Shown here one piece after another: positions 14,002-27,589 of a stretch of DNA of 64,000 nt. The notes beneath the pieces are model-generated. The model was given only the letters and a program-made list of their open reading frames with translations, had not been told where the DNA came from and made no database searches. The translations under genes were made by a program, and so were the position numbers. This DNA comes from Octopus bimaculoides (Eukaryota). How positions within the stretch are numbered: position 1 is the stretch's first letter; each line of letters begins with the position of its first letter. The stretch lies in contig NC_068996.1 of assembly GCF_001194135.2 (NCBI RefSeq), forward strand, positions 22,261,837 through 22,325,836, written 5' to 3'.

Positions 14002-14860
14002 TCATCATCGTTTAACATCTGCTCTCCATGCTGGCATGGGTTGGACGGTTTGCCCTGGAACTAGCTAGCTAAGAGCTGTCTAGACTCCAACTGTCTGTTG
14101 TGGCATAGTTTCTATGCCTGGATGCCTTTCCTAACACCAACCACTTTACAGAGTGTGCTGGGTGCTTTTTTTATGTGTCACCTCATGGGTGCGTTTATGC
14201 AGCACCAGCACCTGAAAAAACAAGTCTGCATGTGCGGAAGACAGTGATTTCACTTAGCTTGATGTGTCCCATCAAGTACAACAAATCACCACATCTCCCA
14301 GTCCCTTGTCTTTTCCTCAGTGAGGCCCAGCATACAGAGATCCTATCTCACCACTTCATCCCACATCCACAGGTACTTCCACAATTAGAGCTTGGCACTT
14401 CTTTATGTAGCTGTCCTCATCCACACACATCACACGACCAAACCAGTGCAGTCTTTTCTCTTGTACACAATATCTGATGCCTCTTATACTGTTTTCCTCT
14501 TAAATCATTTACATACATTTGTGCATGCACACTAACATTACCCATCCAGCAGAGCATGATAGCTTCATTTCTTTGAAGCCTTTCCAAGTCCTCAATAGTC
14601 AAAGCCCATGTTTCACTGCCATGTAACATAGCTGTACGTACACAGGCATCATACAATCTACCTTTTACTCTGAGGGAGAGGCCCTTAGTTATAAACAAAG
14701 GTAGAAGCTTTCTGAACTTTGCCCAGCCTGTTCTTATTCTAGCAACAAAACTTTCAGAACTTCCTCCACCACTGCTAACTTGGTCACCTGGGTAACAGAA
14801 GCTATCAACTACTTCTAATGATTCACTGAGCATTTGAAGGAGCCTATTGTCTGCATTGAA
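14002..14860 (-). mobile_element. 5'-truncated RTE-clade LINE (RT C-terminal region plus 3' UTR)
   Basis: ORF 14417-14914 contains LEVVDSFCYPGD...ARIRTGWAKFRKLLP...VKGRLYDACVRTAMLHGSETWAL, typical of RTE. It ends in a (GAT)n tail near 14002. Confidence 0.9.
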
Positions 14861-15179
14861 AGAAATTTCAAGTAAAAGACATCCTAACACTAATTGACAC
14901 ACACATACATACATACACAGAAATCTAGAATCAGTTGATCCAAACAGCCTGGCTGGATCAAGTAATATTTCTCATAGAGCTTAATATTTAAATGCGAGGA
15001 TCAGAAATAAGAGTGTTCAGGATTAAATACATTAGTTTTGACTGTGCATTCACATTTCAAAACTTGCATCGGTCAAATTTGGCTTCCATTGTTCCAGAAT
15101 CAAGAGGCTAAACACCAACAATATATTGAAATCAGTATAGTGTTATTTTGTCTAGTCAAAGAAATCAATATTAGTTGTT

Positions 15180-15342
15180 TAGGCACAGGCTTGGCTGTGT
15201 GGTTAAGAAGTTGGCTTCTTAGCTATGAAGTTTTGGGTTCAGTCCCACTCTACAATATCTTGGACAAGTGTTTTCTACTATAACCCCAGGCCAACCAAAG
15301 CCTTGTCAGCGGATCTGGTTGATGGAAACTGTGTAGAAGCTC

Positions 15343-15393
<51 letters not shown>

Positions 15394-16180
15394 AATACGT
15401 ATAGCATTACTGTGTAGTAATGAGCTTGCTTCCCAGCCACATGGTTCCAATTTCAGTTCTACTATGCAACATCTGAAAACATGTATCTGCTACTGTAGCC
15501 GCAGGCTGATGAAAGCCTTGTGAATGAGTTTGGTTAGACTGAGACTAAAAGAAGCCTGTTGTGTATGAGTGAATCTGTGTTTTCCCCCATCATTGGTTAA
15601 CAACCACTGTTTGCTTGCTTGTGTATGTCCTTGTAACTTAGTTCAGCAAAAGGAACTGATAGAATGAGTACTCTCTTTGCTCTCTTTTACTTGTTTTAGT
15701 CATTTGACTGTGGCCATGCTGGAGCACCGCCTTTAGTCAAACAAATCGACCCCAGGACTTATTATTTGTAAGCCTAGTACTTATTCTATTGGTCTCTTTT
15801 GCCGAACCGCTAAGTTACGAGGACATAAACACACCAGCATCAGTTGTCAAGTGATGTTGGGGGGACAAACACAGACACACAAACATATACACATACATAC
15901 ATATATATATATATATGATGAGCTTCTTTCAGTTTCCATCTACCAAATCCACTCACAAGGCTTTGGTCGGCCCGAGGCTGCAGAAGACACTTGCCCAAGG
16001 TGCCACGCAGTGGGACTGAACCCAAAACCATGTGGTTGGTTAGCAAGCTACTTACCACACAGCAACTCCTATGCCTATACCAGACTTTCAAATAAGTACT
16101 AAGATCAATTAGTTCAATTAAATCTTTCGAGATGGTACCCCAGCATGGCTGCAGTTCAACAACTGAAATGAGTGAAAGAT
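15180..16180. mobile_element. Cluster of nested family-A SINEs
   Basis: A minus-strand copy (~15672-16075) splits a plus-strand copy, whose body stops at ATAGAATGAGTA (~15670) and resumes at AATAAGTACT...CCCAGCATGGCTGCAG (~16090-16180). Confidence 0.6.
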
Positions 16181-19100
16181 AGCTCCCAGGCCAGACTGCT
16201 GATCAAAAGCATTCCAGTTATGACCATACCTCCTTGTTTCATAAGTATAGTACACTCAAGACCACATAATAATTATCCAATGTGTCCTTTTCTAAGACAG
16301 AGTATGTGAATTGAGCAAGACTTGATTATTGTTTTTAGCAGGATAGCAGCTGCAGAGAGCTTCTCCCTTTACCACAGGCCATTGGCTTGTGAAACCAATA
16401 TCTAAAACAGCTAAAGAAGATGATAGACATAAGGGTATCTTGATACGCTATCACTGCCAGCAAAATATATAGACAAGTTATTTAATATGTACTGGATTGT
16501 ATTTATGTGATTGCTTCGAAAGGTATCAGTTCACTGAACTCCCTTCTACTACCACCACCATCACTACTTAAATATCCTAGCAACTAGCTACACACCCTCA
16601 CTCCCATCACTATCACCACCACTAAAAGTAATCATGTTCCTTAGATAGTAAGCTGCTTCTAGTGAACCATTTCAATAGTCCATGGTTTCTGTTTCATAGC
16701 TGCACAGCTTGTTTAACTACTCACGTCTACCATAAAATTCTAGTTCTCATCTGTCAGAGATAGTACTACACCTTAAGACTATAATTTTCTGCCCTCATTT
16801 TCATGAGATCGACTTTACTCCTTTCATTTTACCAGAATCAATAAAATAAGCAAGTATGGTGGTGAAGCGTAGTTATTTAACTATATTCCTTTTCCTTCAA
16901 TGTTACATTCTACATATATTAGCTTGTATTATTTTCACAGGTTAAGGCAACAAGCTGGCAGAACCATTAGAGCATTGGACAAAATACTTAGAGGCTCTTT
17001 AAAGTTCTGAGTTCAAACTCTGCCAAAGCCGATTCTGCCTTTCATCCTTTCAGTGTCGATAAAATAAGTACCAGTATCCCTCTCCCCCGAATTGCTGGTC
17101 TTGCATGATTTGAAACCATTATTTTCATATTATAAAAGATGTTNNNNNNNNNNTAAAGTTCAGGCCTTGTGCCTATGGTAAAAAGAATTATTTTCAATGA
17201 TTAAGGCAGCATCAGACAAAATGCTTAGCAGTATTTCTTTTGGGTCATTATGTTCTGAGTTCAAATTCTGCTACAGTCAACTTTGCTTTTCATCCTTTCA
17301 GGGTTGATAAAATAAGTACCAGTATCCCTCTCCCCCGAATTGCTGGTCTTGCATGATTTGAAACCATTATTTTCATATTATAAAAGATGTTTGTTTATTT
17401 TAGAATGATATTGTAGAGTAGATGTAAAAGGCCAGATCCAACTGATTTGAACATAAAACAGGTAGAATACTTGAGCCAGTTATGAGCAGTTTAAATACCA
17501 CCAGTGTACTGGAGTCAATCTACTTCCTTGCATTAAAAACATGAACTTGTGTCTTAATTTTTAAGTAATCATCTACCAGCAGAGGAGGGCATTCCTACAG
17601 TATAGTAACCAGATTAGAGTGCAGAATAGAAAACATTCAGTGAGCTACCATCTATGCTGGCAACAAAGAAATATTTTCTTTCTCTCTCTCTGAGTGAGAA
17701 GCATTTTGCATGACAGTTGTGTGTAAAATGTAATGTTGCATGATAGCAAAACATGAGAATTTGATGCAAAGACAGGAGAGAAATGAGGCAAGCATGAATG
17801 ACAGAGGACAAATGAATAGAGAGAAAAACTGGGCATAAGAAGAATTTGATGTAATGTGTAGGAGAGCAGACTGAGCAAGTACAGATATATAGTGAGTAAA
17901 GAAGGATGGCAGTTGGATAAAAATAAAATGTGCCAAGCAATTTTAGTGTAATAAACCTGTAGAAGAAAAAAACTAAGACAGGGAAAACTTCACAAAGATG
18001 ATAAAGGGGATCACAAAAAATAGTGACACACTATACTAAAGATTCATCTAATCCATGCAAGAACATGAAAATTAGCATAAAACGACAGTGTGGTGTGCTT
18101 CGCTTTTTATCTATGCCTTATATAATTAAGAAAATGAAGTAGACATGAACCTTATGTCAGAAGGATTTTCAATTTAATTTGTCTAGAAAGGTAACAAAAA
18201 TAAATATGCAAGTCATCATTTTGATTCTGGTTAAGGTAGTGAGCTGGCAGAGTTGTCAGCATGCTGGACAAAATGCTAAGCAGCATTCCAACTATCTTTA
18301 CATTCTAAGTTCAAATTCCATTAAGGTTTACTTTGCGCCTCATCTTTTCAGGGTTGATAAAATAAGTACTAGTCGAGCACTGAGGTCGATGCAATTGATT
18401 ACTCCTCCCTGATGCAAAAATTTTCTGACTTTCACCTATAGAAAAAAGGATTAGTTTGATTCTTGTTCATCACCATGCATATGGTAATTTATTATCAGTT
18501 GGCAGCTGTCAACACAGATCAGTGAACAGTTTTCTTTTTCTTCTCTGAAGTTATAAACAAGACCATTAGCTCATGTTATTTTGGGGGTACTTCTGGCACA
18601 AGACATACATGTTGAAACATCAACTGTCCTAAAATCATTTTTTAATGAATCAAGTGAGTTATGAACACACATCCATCACAAAGGAAAAGTTGCCTTCTTG
18701 AGACAAAATACAACAGTGATTTACATATCCCTAAGTCATCACAATTATATTACCTTTCTAAAAACATCTGATCAAATTAAACATTGGTCAAGAAAATTAT
18801 TAAGGCTATTGAAGTTAATTTTATCAATAAAGACTCAATTGTGTTCCATATCAACAGAGAGAGAGAGAGATGAGATTAATAGAGATTAGTGGCAAGAAAT
18901 GTAGGAAGAGTTTGAAAAAGAGAGAGTCAAAGAGAAAAGATTAGTAGAAGAGACTTTCATACAAAGAGTAATTAAAGACCAATAATTATGCATGCAGGAG
19001 TAAGGTAGGGTGCCAGATCATTAACATGAGAACCCTTATTAGTTTAGTTTTGTTTTGCTGTAACCATAGCAATGATGGCATCTTGCTTTCTACCATTAAT

Positions 19101-19509
19101 GACATGGAATAATTTATGTGTCTGTTTGCATGCGTGTGCACACACGTTTGGGTGTTCTATATATTTATGCATGTCTGCACACACAAGTGCACACGATTTT
19201 CTCTGATATAGGTGAATTGTCTCTGTAGTGCATCAGGTGGCAAATTGTGTCATCTGTCATCTGCAAATCTACAAGGTTCCGTATTCTCAGGCTATCATGT
19301 TTTCTTCCCACTTTATCTGTCACAGCTACCCTCTATCAATATTCAATATTGTGCCCAACATTCATCATCCAGTCCGATATATGTATCCATGCTTCATTCC
19401 ATCAGCGCAGTCATCTTGCCTACAAACATCAGTTAGCATCTGTCTACAATGTCATGCATAACACTTGATAATACAGTTCTATATTTAAGAGATGAGGAAA
19501 TGAGGAAAT

Positions 19510-21570
19510 ACATTTGATGGATATTTGTCCTCATCTTTGTTGTTAACACCTTTCGGCCAATACAAGGTGTCTCATTCCTAAGGTATTTTTTGATGTAACT
19601 ATTATTATTATTTTTCAGGTCACAGCCTAGAATCAAACTCAGAATCTTGGGGTTAGTAGCCGCATTCATAATTGCCCGTGGGCAATTATGGAGTGAATTT
19701 TAGGGCTTATAAATCTAATATTTTCCTATCCTTCCTTAATACCGGTTCCCATATGCTGTTCATATCTGCACTCGGTCTGCTTAGGAGGTTGTTGTGTCCT
19801 AGCATATGTGCTGCTTCTTTCAGTTATCGTTTCTCTATTATTTTAACTTCATCCCACAGGGGGAGATGGTCTCCATTTTTCCATACATGATCAACTATAC
19901 CTGATTTATCAATATCTCCCTGTGTCATAGCTTTGCAATGTTCCTCTACCCTTATTTTGAGGGGGCAGTATGTTTCGCCTTTGTATAACCTACTAGCAGA
20001 AATACCCGGCTTTGCCCGGGTTAAAGAGAATAATGAAATCTAAAAACGCTGTCTAGACTACGCAACCCTCAACTGTTAGTAGCTACGATACCATATTTCT
20101 ACATTAACAACTCTCCAATGCATGCCAGCATGGAACATAGACATTAAGTGGAATGCCAGTCTCTCATCTAGGAGGGACTTGAAATCAATGTTACCAACTG
20201 GGGACTATGTGTGTCGTAGTGATAATAAAAAGACCCAAAGGAGGTCTGCAATGAAATAATTTTACTCAACACTCTGCAAGTGAATCAGTGGAGGCAAAGA
20301 TGCNNNNNNNNNNNNNNNNNNNNNNNNNNNNNNNNNNNNNNNNNNNNNNNNNNNNNNNNNNNNNNNNNNNNNNNNNNNNNNNNNNNNNNNNNNNNNNNNN
20401 NNNNNNNNNNNNNNNNNNNNNNNNNNNNNNNNNNNNNNNNNNNNNNNNNNNNNNNNNNNNNNNNNNNNNNNNNNNNNNNNNNNNNNNNNNNNNNNNNNNN
20501 NNNNNNNNNNNNNNNNNNNNNNNNNNNNNNNNNNNNNNNNNNNNNNNNNNNNNNNNNNNNNNNNNNNNNNNNNNNNNNNNNNNNNNNNNNNNNNNNNNNN
20601 NNNNNNNNNNNNNNNNNNNNNNNNNNNNNNNNNNNNNNNNNNNNNNNNNNNNNNNNNNNNNNNNNNNNNNNNNNNNNNNNNNNNNNNNNNNNNNNNNNNN
20701 NNNNNNNNNNNNNNNNNNNNNNNNNNNNNNNNNNNNNNNNNNNNNNNNNNNNNNNNNNNNNNNNNNNNNNNNNNNNNNNNNNNNNNNNNNNNNNNNNNNN
20801 NNNNNNNNNNNNNNNNNNNNNNNNNNNNNNNNNNNNNNNNNNNNNNNNNNNNNNNNNNNNNNNNNNNNNNNNNNNNNNNNNNNNNNNNNNNNNNNNNNNN
20901 NNNNNNNNNNNNNNNNNNNNNNNNNNNNNNNNNNNNNNNNNNNNNNNNNNNNNNNNNNNNNNNNNNNNNNNNNNNNNNNNNNNNNNNNNNNNNNNNNNNN
21001 NNNNNNNNNNNNNNNNNNNNNNNNNNNNNNNNNNNNNNNNNNNNNNNNNNNNNNNNNNNNNNNNNNNNNNNNNNNNNNNNNNNNNNNNNNNNNNNNNNNN
21101 NNNNNNNNNNNNNNTTTTGTTTCACTTTTGACATGTAATACTTAAATAGTGGAGGAGATATTATGTTGCCGTGGGCTCGAACTCTGCAAGAAGTTAAAAA
21201 TTTTTTTGACTAAAACACAACTGGAACCCTAAGTAAGGCATGTGTAAAATTTGAATGAAATTGGTTGTGTAGTTCTCGAGTTTTAGGGATTCAGACAGAC
21301 AGACAGACAGACACACATTCTCATTTTTATATATAGAGATTACAGCTGCATGGGATGGAGTACACGCAGTTTTTGGTCATATTCTCTTCTATTAGTGGTT
21401 TTACTCAAAAGAGATATTTGCGAAGTGTTGTATTACTCTTGAATGCTGTCCTAATGTCATATGGGCCACATATCTTTTGTATCTTTTTGGAGAGGCCTTT
21501 CACATAGGGTAGACAGACTGTGGACAGTTTATCGGTTTCATCCTCTCTTTTGTTCATATCCATCAAGTGT
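19510..21570 (-). mobile_element. Penelope-like element, 3' part (RT-endonuclease linker, GIY-YIG domain and tail), split by a Helitron at 19993-21339
   Basis: With 19993-21339 removed, one frame reads TVCLPYVKGLSKKIQKICGPYDIRTAFKSNTTLRKYLF*VKPLIEENMTKNCVYSIPCSC-N-RLYKGETYCPLKIRVEEHCKA...SGIVDHVWKNGDHLPLWDEVKII...LKEAAHM...WEPVLRK. It has two premature stops and ends at 19707. Confidence 0.9.
19993..21339 (-). mobile_element. Non-autonomous Helitron (contains an ~810-N gap)
   Basis: Minus strand starts 5'-TC (TCTCTATATATAAAAATGAG) and ends with hairpin CCCGG-GCAAAG-CCGGG then CTAG-3'. It sits between A and T with no TSD. A (CAGA)n microsatellite lies near the 5' end. Confidence 0.9.
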
Positions 21571-22569
21571 AAATAATGAACACTTGATAATATTTTATAA
21601 AAATCCTTTAGACAGGAAGGGAGGCAGTGCTCAGAACCCTTTACTGAACCTCTGAGAATGGCAGGAAGGAAGGAAGGAGGAAGGGAAGGTATTCTCAGAC
21701 CAGATTCTTGGCTAGAATGCTTTCAAAGGCATCCTAGATGATTAGTGATGGTATTAATCAGGGTGATAAGATTTGAAATCAGAATGCAAATAGCTGGAAC
21801 AAATACTGCAAGGTACCATGTCCAAAGTTCTTACATTACCATTAATCCACTAGCCTGGATTGGTACTTTATTTTACTGACTCTGAAAGGATGATGAAAAA
21901 CAAAGTTGACCACAGGAGGAGTTGACCTTGGAACATAGTCAAGTGAGGCATTCTATCCAATGTTTTAACAACTACCAATTTAATGCCTAAATATACATCA
22001 TTATATATATCCATTATATCATTATTTTCCTCATATCTTTCTGACCACCAGGATCTTCAATATCCAACATCTATGTTTAACTATGTAGCATCATACACAT
22101 TCCAATAGACCATGCATCAATTGGCTCTCACTTCTCTCAACTAAATCATCACTGTATTAAATAGATCACCACAGGAACAGAAACTGTCAACTTCCTCTAG
22201 TGAGACATATGAGTACTGCATGAGTGTCTATGCTACTAAGTACTGCTGTACATCTACCACAACTAAAGTTAAGGTCCTCTATCTTGTCTACCAAAGACCC
22301 CTTATAGACCCACTGTTTATGCTGATTACACAGTCTCCTACCTACTTCTCTCCTAGGTATCAATCAAGACCATGACTCCTTAAACACTGGGATTTCATGT
22401 TTTCTTTATCTAACATTTTAGTCTTTGCTATATTAGCTTTAAGTCCTTTTGATTGAAGACCATGGTTTAAAGATCATAACACTCATGTTGCACAATTTCT
22501 AGAGATAAACTATGATTCAATACTTTATACACAATTATAATATGTAGTAATAATATATACGTGATAATA

Positions 22570-23215
22570 ATATCGTTTCTAATATAGAGACAAAGCGAGA
22601 AAATTGGAGGAGGAGGTTAGTCAATGCCATTGACCTTAGTACATTTCTGGAATTTTATTGACCTCAAGAGGATAAAAGGGAAGCTAGCCTCAACAGAATT
22701 CGAACTCAAAATGTAAAGGGTCAAAAGAAATACCACAAAGCATTTTTCTCAATGCATTAACAGTTCTGCCAGCATGTTGCCTTATGGTTTCAAATTTTTG
22801 CACCAGGCCAGCAATTTTGAGGTAAAGGGGTAGCTGGTTACACCAATCCCAATACTTTGCTGGTACTTATTTTATTGATCCTGAAAGGATGAAAAGCTGG
22901 CCATCACAGAATTTGAACTCAGAACATAAAGAGCCAAAAGAAACGCCACTCAATCTGGAATGCTAACAATTCTGCCAGCTCGTTGCAATAATAATAATAA
23001 AAATGGTTTCAAATTTTGGCACAAGGTCAACAATTTCAGGGGAGGAGATAAGTTGATTACATCGGCCCCAGTGCTCAGCTGGTACTTATTGACCCTGAAA
23101 GAGACGAAAGGCAAAGTCAACCTCAGCAGAATTTGAACTCAGAACATAAAGATAGGCAAAATGTTGCTAAGCATTCTACCCAGTGTGCAAACGATCCTGC
23201 TAGCTCACCACCTCA
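22570..23215 (-). mobile_element. Three consecutive family-C SINE copies in the same orientation
   Basis: The GAATT(C/T)GAACTC...CATGCT motif set recurs at about 22697, 22910 and 23129. Confidence 0.7.
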
Positions 23216-23244
23216 AAATACTGTATACCTCACAAAGTAACACA

Positions 23245-23284
<40 letters not shown>

Positions 23285-25960
23285 AAGCTTTATTACATTA
23301 TCGTGTTTTCCCTCCCTTAACAGAACTGTAATACCATATATGCCACCCAGTATACATGGAGCTTCATGCTAATCAGTTTGGATCTACCCAATGTAGAAAC
23401 CAAATCCCTTTCAGAAAAAGAACCACATAAATCAGTGAAGGAGCTTCTCTTAATGACATTGCTAATTCAGTATAACATATCTCCTATCAACAAACTCCCT
23501 ATTACCTTTAAATTAGGGACTACAAATTTGATATGAAGTCACAAGTACTTCTTGCTGTATGTAGAAGTCAAATCTCTTTAACACCTTTAACTTTTTTGTT
23601 ATACTTGTTAAAATACACTGCCTTTGTTTCAATTAATTTGGAAAATAATGAAGAATTTAGTAAAATAACTGACATTGTTAAGCTAGTGTAAGGTGGCAAG
23701 CTGGCAGAATCATTAGCATGCTGAACAAAATGCTTGGCAGAATTTCATTCGCCTTTATGTTCTGAGCTCAAATTCCACTGCGGTCAACTTTGCCTTCCAT
23801 CTTTTTGGAGGGGGGGGGGTCGATGTAATCAACCTCACAACAAATTTCAGGCCTTGTACCTATAGCCGAAAGGATTATTAAGCTAGTGTTTGGAACATAT
23901 ATTAATGTGAAATTTTGTTAGGTTGTAATTCAGATCATTTTGAAAACAGGGTATTTGTATCAAAGAAATAAGGGTAATATATTAGGCTGGTTTGTATCAA
24001 AAGAATTAAAACAGAGAGAGGGTGGTGAATGTGCAATTTCCAAATCTCAAGACACAACCCTCATTACAATAAAAAGCAAGAGTCAACTAAAAATACCAAC
24101 AAGTATTTTTATAAACACTCAGAGAGCCTTTCAATTTAACATAAATAAAAATAAATGTTGTGACNNNNNNNNNNNNNNNNNNNNNNNNNNNNNNNNNNNN
24201 NNNNNNNNNNNNNNNNNNNNNCCCACCCACCCCCACACACATACAAATATTGGCATTGTTGTTACAGCAATAATCATATATAGTCTATAATGGGAGAAAA
24301 AACTATTTCCTTTTTTTTTTTTTTTATAACTCACTCACAGATTTCTGCAATTCTAAGGAAAGAGTTCCTTCTTTATATATGGTTTATTTTGTTCCATTTC
24401 TTCCTTTTTTTTTTTGGTTTATCTTTATTTACTTTTGTTTTTATTTTAGGTGGTGGGGGAACCGTTTGAAGTGAAGCATATATTACAAAAGAACCAACAA
24501 AGTTCTCTTTAATGAACACAGTTCCAGCTTGGCCGATATTTTCAGCATTCAAACACATAAGGAAGTCATTGCCTTAAAAATTCCCAGTGGAACTCCTCCT
24601 GCCATATTATGAGGATGATTCAGAAGTTTATACTAAAACAAAACTAAGGTGCAGCTCTCATTGAGTGTAACTTAATACAATCCACATCCCTGCCTCACAT
24701 AAGTTATGCCAGTTACCGAAAATAATTCAGAGTACAAATAACAATTTTTGCTGTACAATGTGAGAAATTATTACTGCTGTTGTTCTGTAGAAAAATAAAA
24801 TCTAATATAGAAAAAAATATATACTGAAATAAATAAATGCATATATATATATATATATGTATGTATATATATATATATATATTACATACACACACAAAAC
24901 AATGTTATTTACAAAGAACACTTCAGTATATTTTTTTTTTAATGGAAAATGAATTTTTAAAAAGCATACAAAAAGCTTAAAACAACAAAAAAAACCTATT
25001 TTTTATACTAACAATTGTCAGATTTTCTTAAGCATACTATAAATGGAATCTTAGAACAAGAAAGCTGACAGAGACATATGGTAATTTGTTTTACAGCCTT
25101 CCATATAACTTACATATACACAAGGATACAAAAGTGTAGTGGGGAGGGAGAGAGGAACCTGAACACACGTGTACACACACAAAGCAAAAGAGTAAAAGGC
25201 TTTATAACTGCAGTCACTGACCTAAGGTCACACTTAATCACATCTTATTTCATTTTACTTGTTTCAGTCAACTCCAGTAGTTTTTTTTTGTTTTTGTTTT
25301 TTTTCCAAAGCTTAATTCTATCATTCTCTTTTACCAAATTGCTTGGTTACAAGACATAATAAACTAACACTGGTCATTCAGTGAGAAAAGACAGAGACAA
25401 ATATACCACACACACACACACACTGGCTGGATTCCCAAGAGTGGCCAACTGAGACTATGGATATTATCCAACCATCATGCACATGGTCTACCCCTAGGTC
25501 TCCTGCTGGTTGGCTAAGCTTGAAAAATCCATCTTATAATTCTTTCCTGCAACATTCTAACATGTCCATACTAACTGAGTTGTGACACCGTTATGTGCAA
25601 AAGTAGTGGCTCAACCTGGAGAATATTCCTGATCTCAGAAATACACACACTGTCAGGTTACTCCTTTCAACAAGCCCTTATTTATTAATTTTTTTTTTGT
25701 CATCTACTGATTGGTGTAGTAATATCATCATCAACTGCTACAGGGACAAATGAAATGGACTAAAGAGAAGCAACTACAGAAGAATAAAACTGATGGACCA
25801 GATTATGAAAGTAATAACTAAAGAGATTATATGAGATACAGCTTAGGGTTGTGCTAGGTTCCACTTTTAAGTGGGACATGTGCAAAAATTCCTAGCTACG
25901 TGCAAGCCAATTGACCTGGTGGATCTTTCTGATTTGGCGGAAACCATTTTTTATTTAGTG

Positions 25961-26917
25961 TGTTTTCTACCGAAACACTTTAAAACTTTGTATACTTGTA
26001 TATTTTGTCTTATAGAACAGAGAAAAATTTTTATATTCAAAGTTATTTCATGTTAAAAATTGTTGTATTTCGGTAATTTCAACCAATCACTGACGTCTGT
26101 TCAGCTGAATACAGTTACTGCTGTTCTTTGTCAACAATAATTTGTGGCGGTGTATATATCGTTAGTCCCTGGTAATCCTTTTGAATTAAGCACCAGTTAT
26201 GCACTGGGACTAANNNNNNNNNNNNNNNNNNNNNNNNNNNNNNNNNNNNNNNNNNNNNNNNNNNNNNNNNNNNNNNNNNNNNNNNNNNNNNNNNNNNNNN
26301 NNNNNNNNNNNNNNNNNNNNNNNNNNNNNNNNNNNNNNNNNNNNNNNNNNNNNNNNNNNNNNNNNNNNNNNNNNNNNNNNNNNNNNNNNNNNNNNNNNNN
26401 NNNNNNNNNNNNNNNNNNNNNNNNNNNNNNNNNNNNNNNNNNNNNNNNNNNNNNNNNNNNNNNNNNNNNNNNNNNNNNNNNNNNNNNNNNNNNNNNNNNN
26501 NNNNNNNNNNNNNNNNNNNNNNNNNNNNNNNNNNNNNNNNNNNNNNNNNNNNNNNNNNNNNNNNNNNNNNNNNNNNNNNNNNNNNNNNNNNNNNNNNNNN
26601 NNNNNNNNNNNNNNNNNNNNNNNNNNNNNNNNNNNNNNNNNNNNNNNNNNNNNNNNNNNNNCAGACAACGGCAGTAATTTTATTCAAGGGAAAAGATCCC
26701 ATTACACCACCACAATGTCTTGTTGACAAACCACAGCAGCAATTGTTTTCACCTCAATAGACGTCAGTGATTGGTTGAAATTACCGAAATATGACAACTT
26801 TTAACATGAAATAACTTGGAATATAGAAATTTTTGTTAAGAAGGCTAAGAGAAAAAGATATTTTATATGACGCATTCTACCAGTATCCCAAGTTTGAAAG
26901 TGTTTCATTAGAAAACA
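25961..26917. mobile_element. Foldback/MITE-like element with ~200-bp imperfect inverted arms around an N gap
   Basis: Left arm 25961-26155 matches the reverse complement of 26702-26917, including the identical core TTTCGGTAATTTCAACCAATCACTGACGTCT. Confidence 0.8.
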
Positions 26918-27120
26918 AATGGTGTCTGCCAAATCAGAAAGATCCGACCTGGCATTTGTTGAGTTGAAGAAGGCCTATGACAGGTCTCAAGCTCTATAGT
27001 TGAGTGGTTGCTAAGAGAACAAGGTATAGAAGAATGCCTTGTGAGACACATGCAGGCCATGAGAGTTAGCAACAAGTTCAGCAAGGAATTTAGCATGCAG
27101 GTAAGACTGCTCAGTTCTCA
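26918..27120 (+). mobile_element. Decayed RTE RT fragment
   Basis: Translates across frameshifts to DLAFVELKKAYDR...W.LR.QGIEECLVR.MQAM.RVSNKFSKEFSMQV, resembling the RTE motif LAFVDLEKAFDR. Confidence 0.6.
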
Positions 27121-27589
27121 ATCCTTTTCTGTAAGCTATTGAAATACACTGCCTTTGTCATTATTGAGCTAGTGGTTTGAAACCTAATTAACCCTGAGAC
27201 AAAGTTATTTAGTAAATGACTGTCATTATTAAGGTAAGGGTCTGAAACCTAATTAACATAAGGGGTAGGTTGATATCAAAAGGGTTCAAACTGATTGTCA
27301 GTGGGAATATCTATGTGCCATTGAACTAGTTCTCATACTTGGATCTATCAGAGAATCACAGTAGAAATTCCCAAAATGGATGCAAAACTTAAAATTGAAA
27401 GTCATTAGTAAACCTAATGACAAAAATTTTAATTAGTAGTAATGAAGGCAGGACTGCACCACCATATGGTAAGAGGTAATGCTTGACATACCATTAAATA
27501 GTAAATACAGTGTAAAGTACAGGTGCACAAGAAATACAGTAACATCATAGACAGACTGTGAGAGAAGCAGGTGCATGAGAGCAGTTAGC

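Noticed and set aside
17041-17392. Exact ~80-bp direct duplication around a 10-N gap
   Set aside because: Identical copies beside a placeholder gap inside SINE sequence point to an assembly artefact.
20262-21145. Long ORFs here and at 26.1-26.7, 47.5-48.6, 55.6-56.4 and 58.2-58.8 kb
   Set aside because: They consist almost entirely of X residues from N gaps.
24713-24790. Minus-strand AG...GT-bounded segment that could be the next SIPA1L exon
   Set aside because: The frame required by the phase-1 donor hits a stop within four codons, and the open frame has no SIPA1L similarity.
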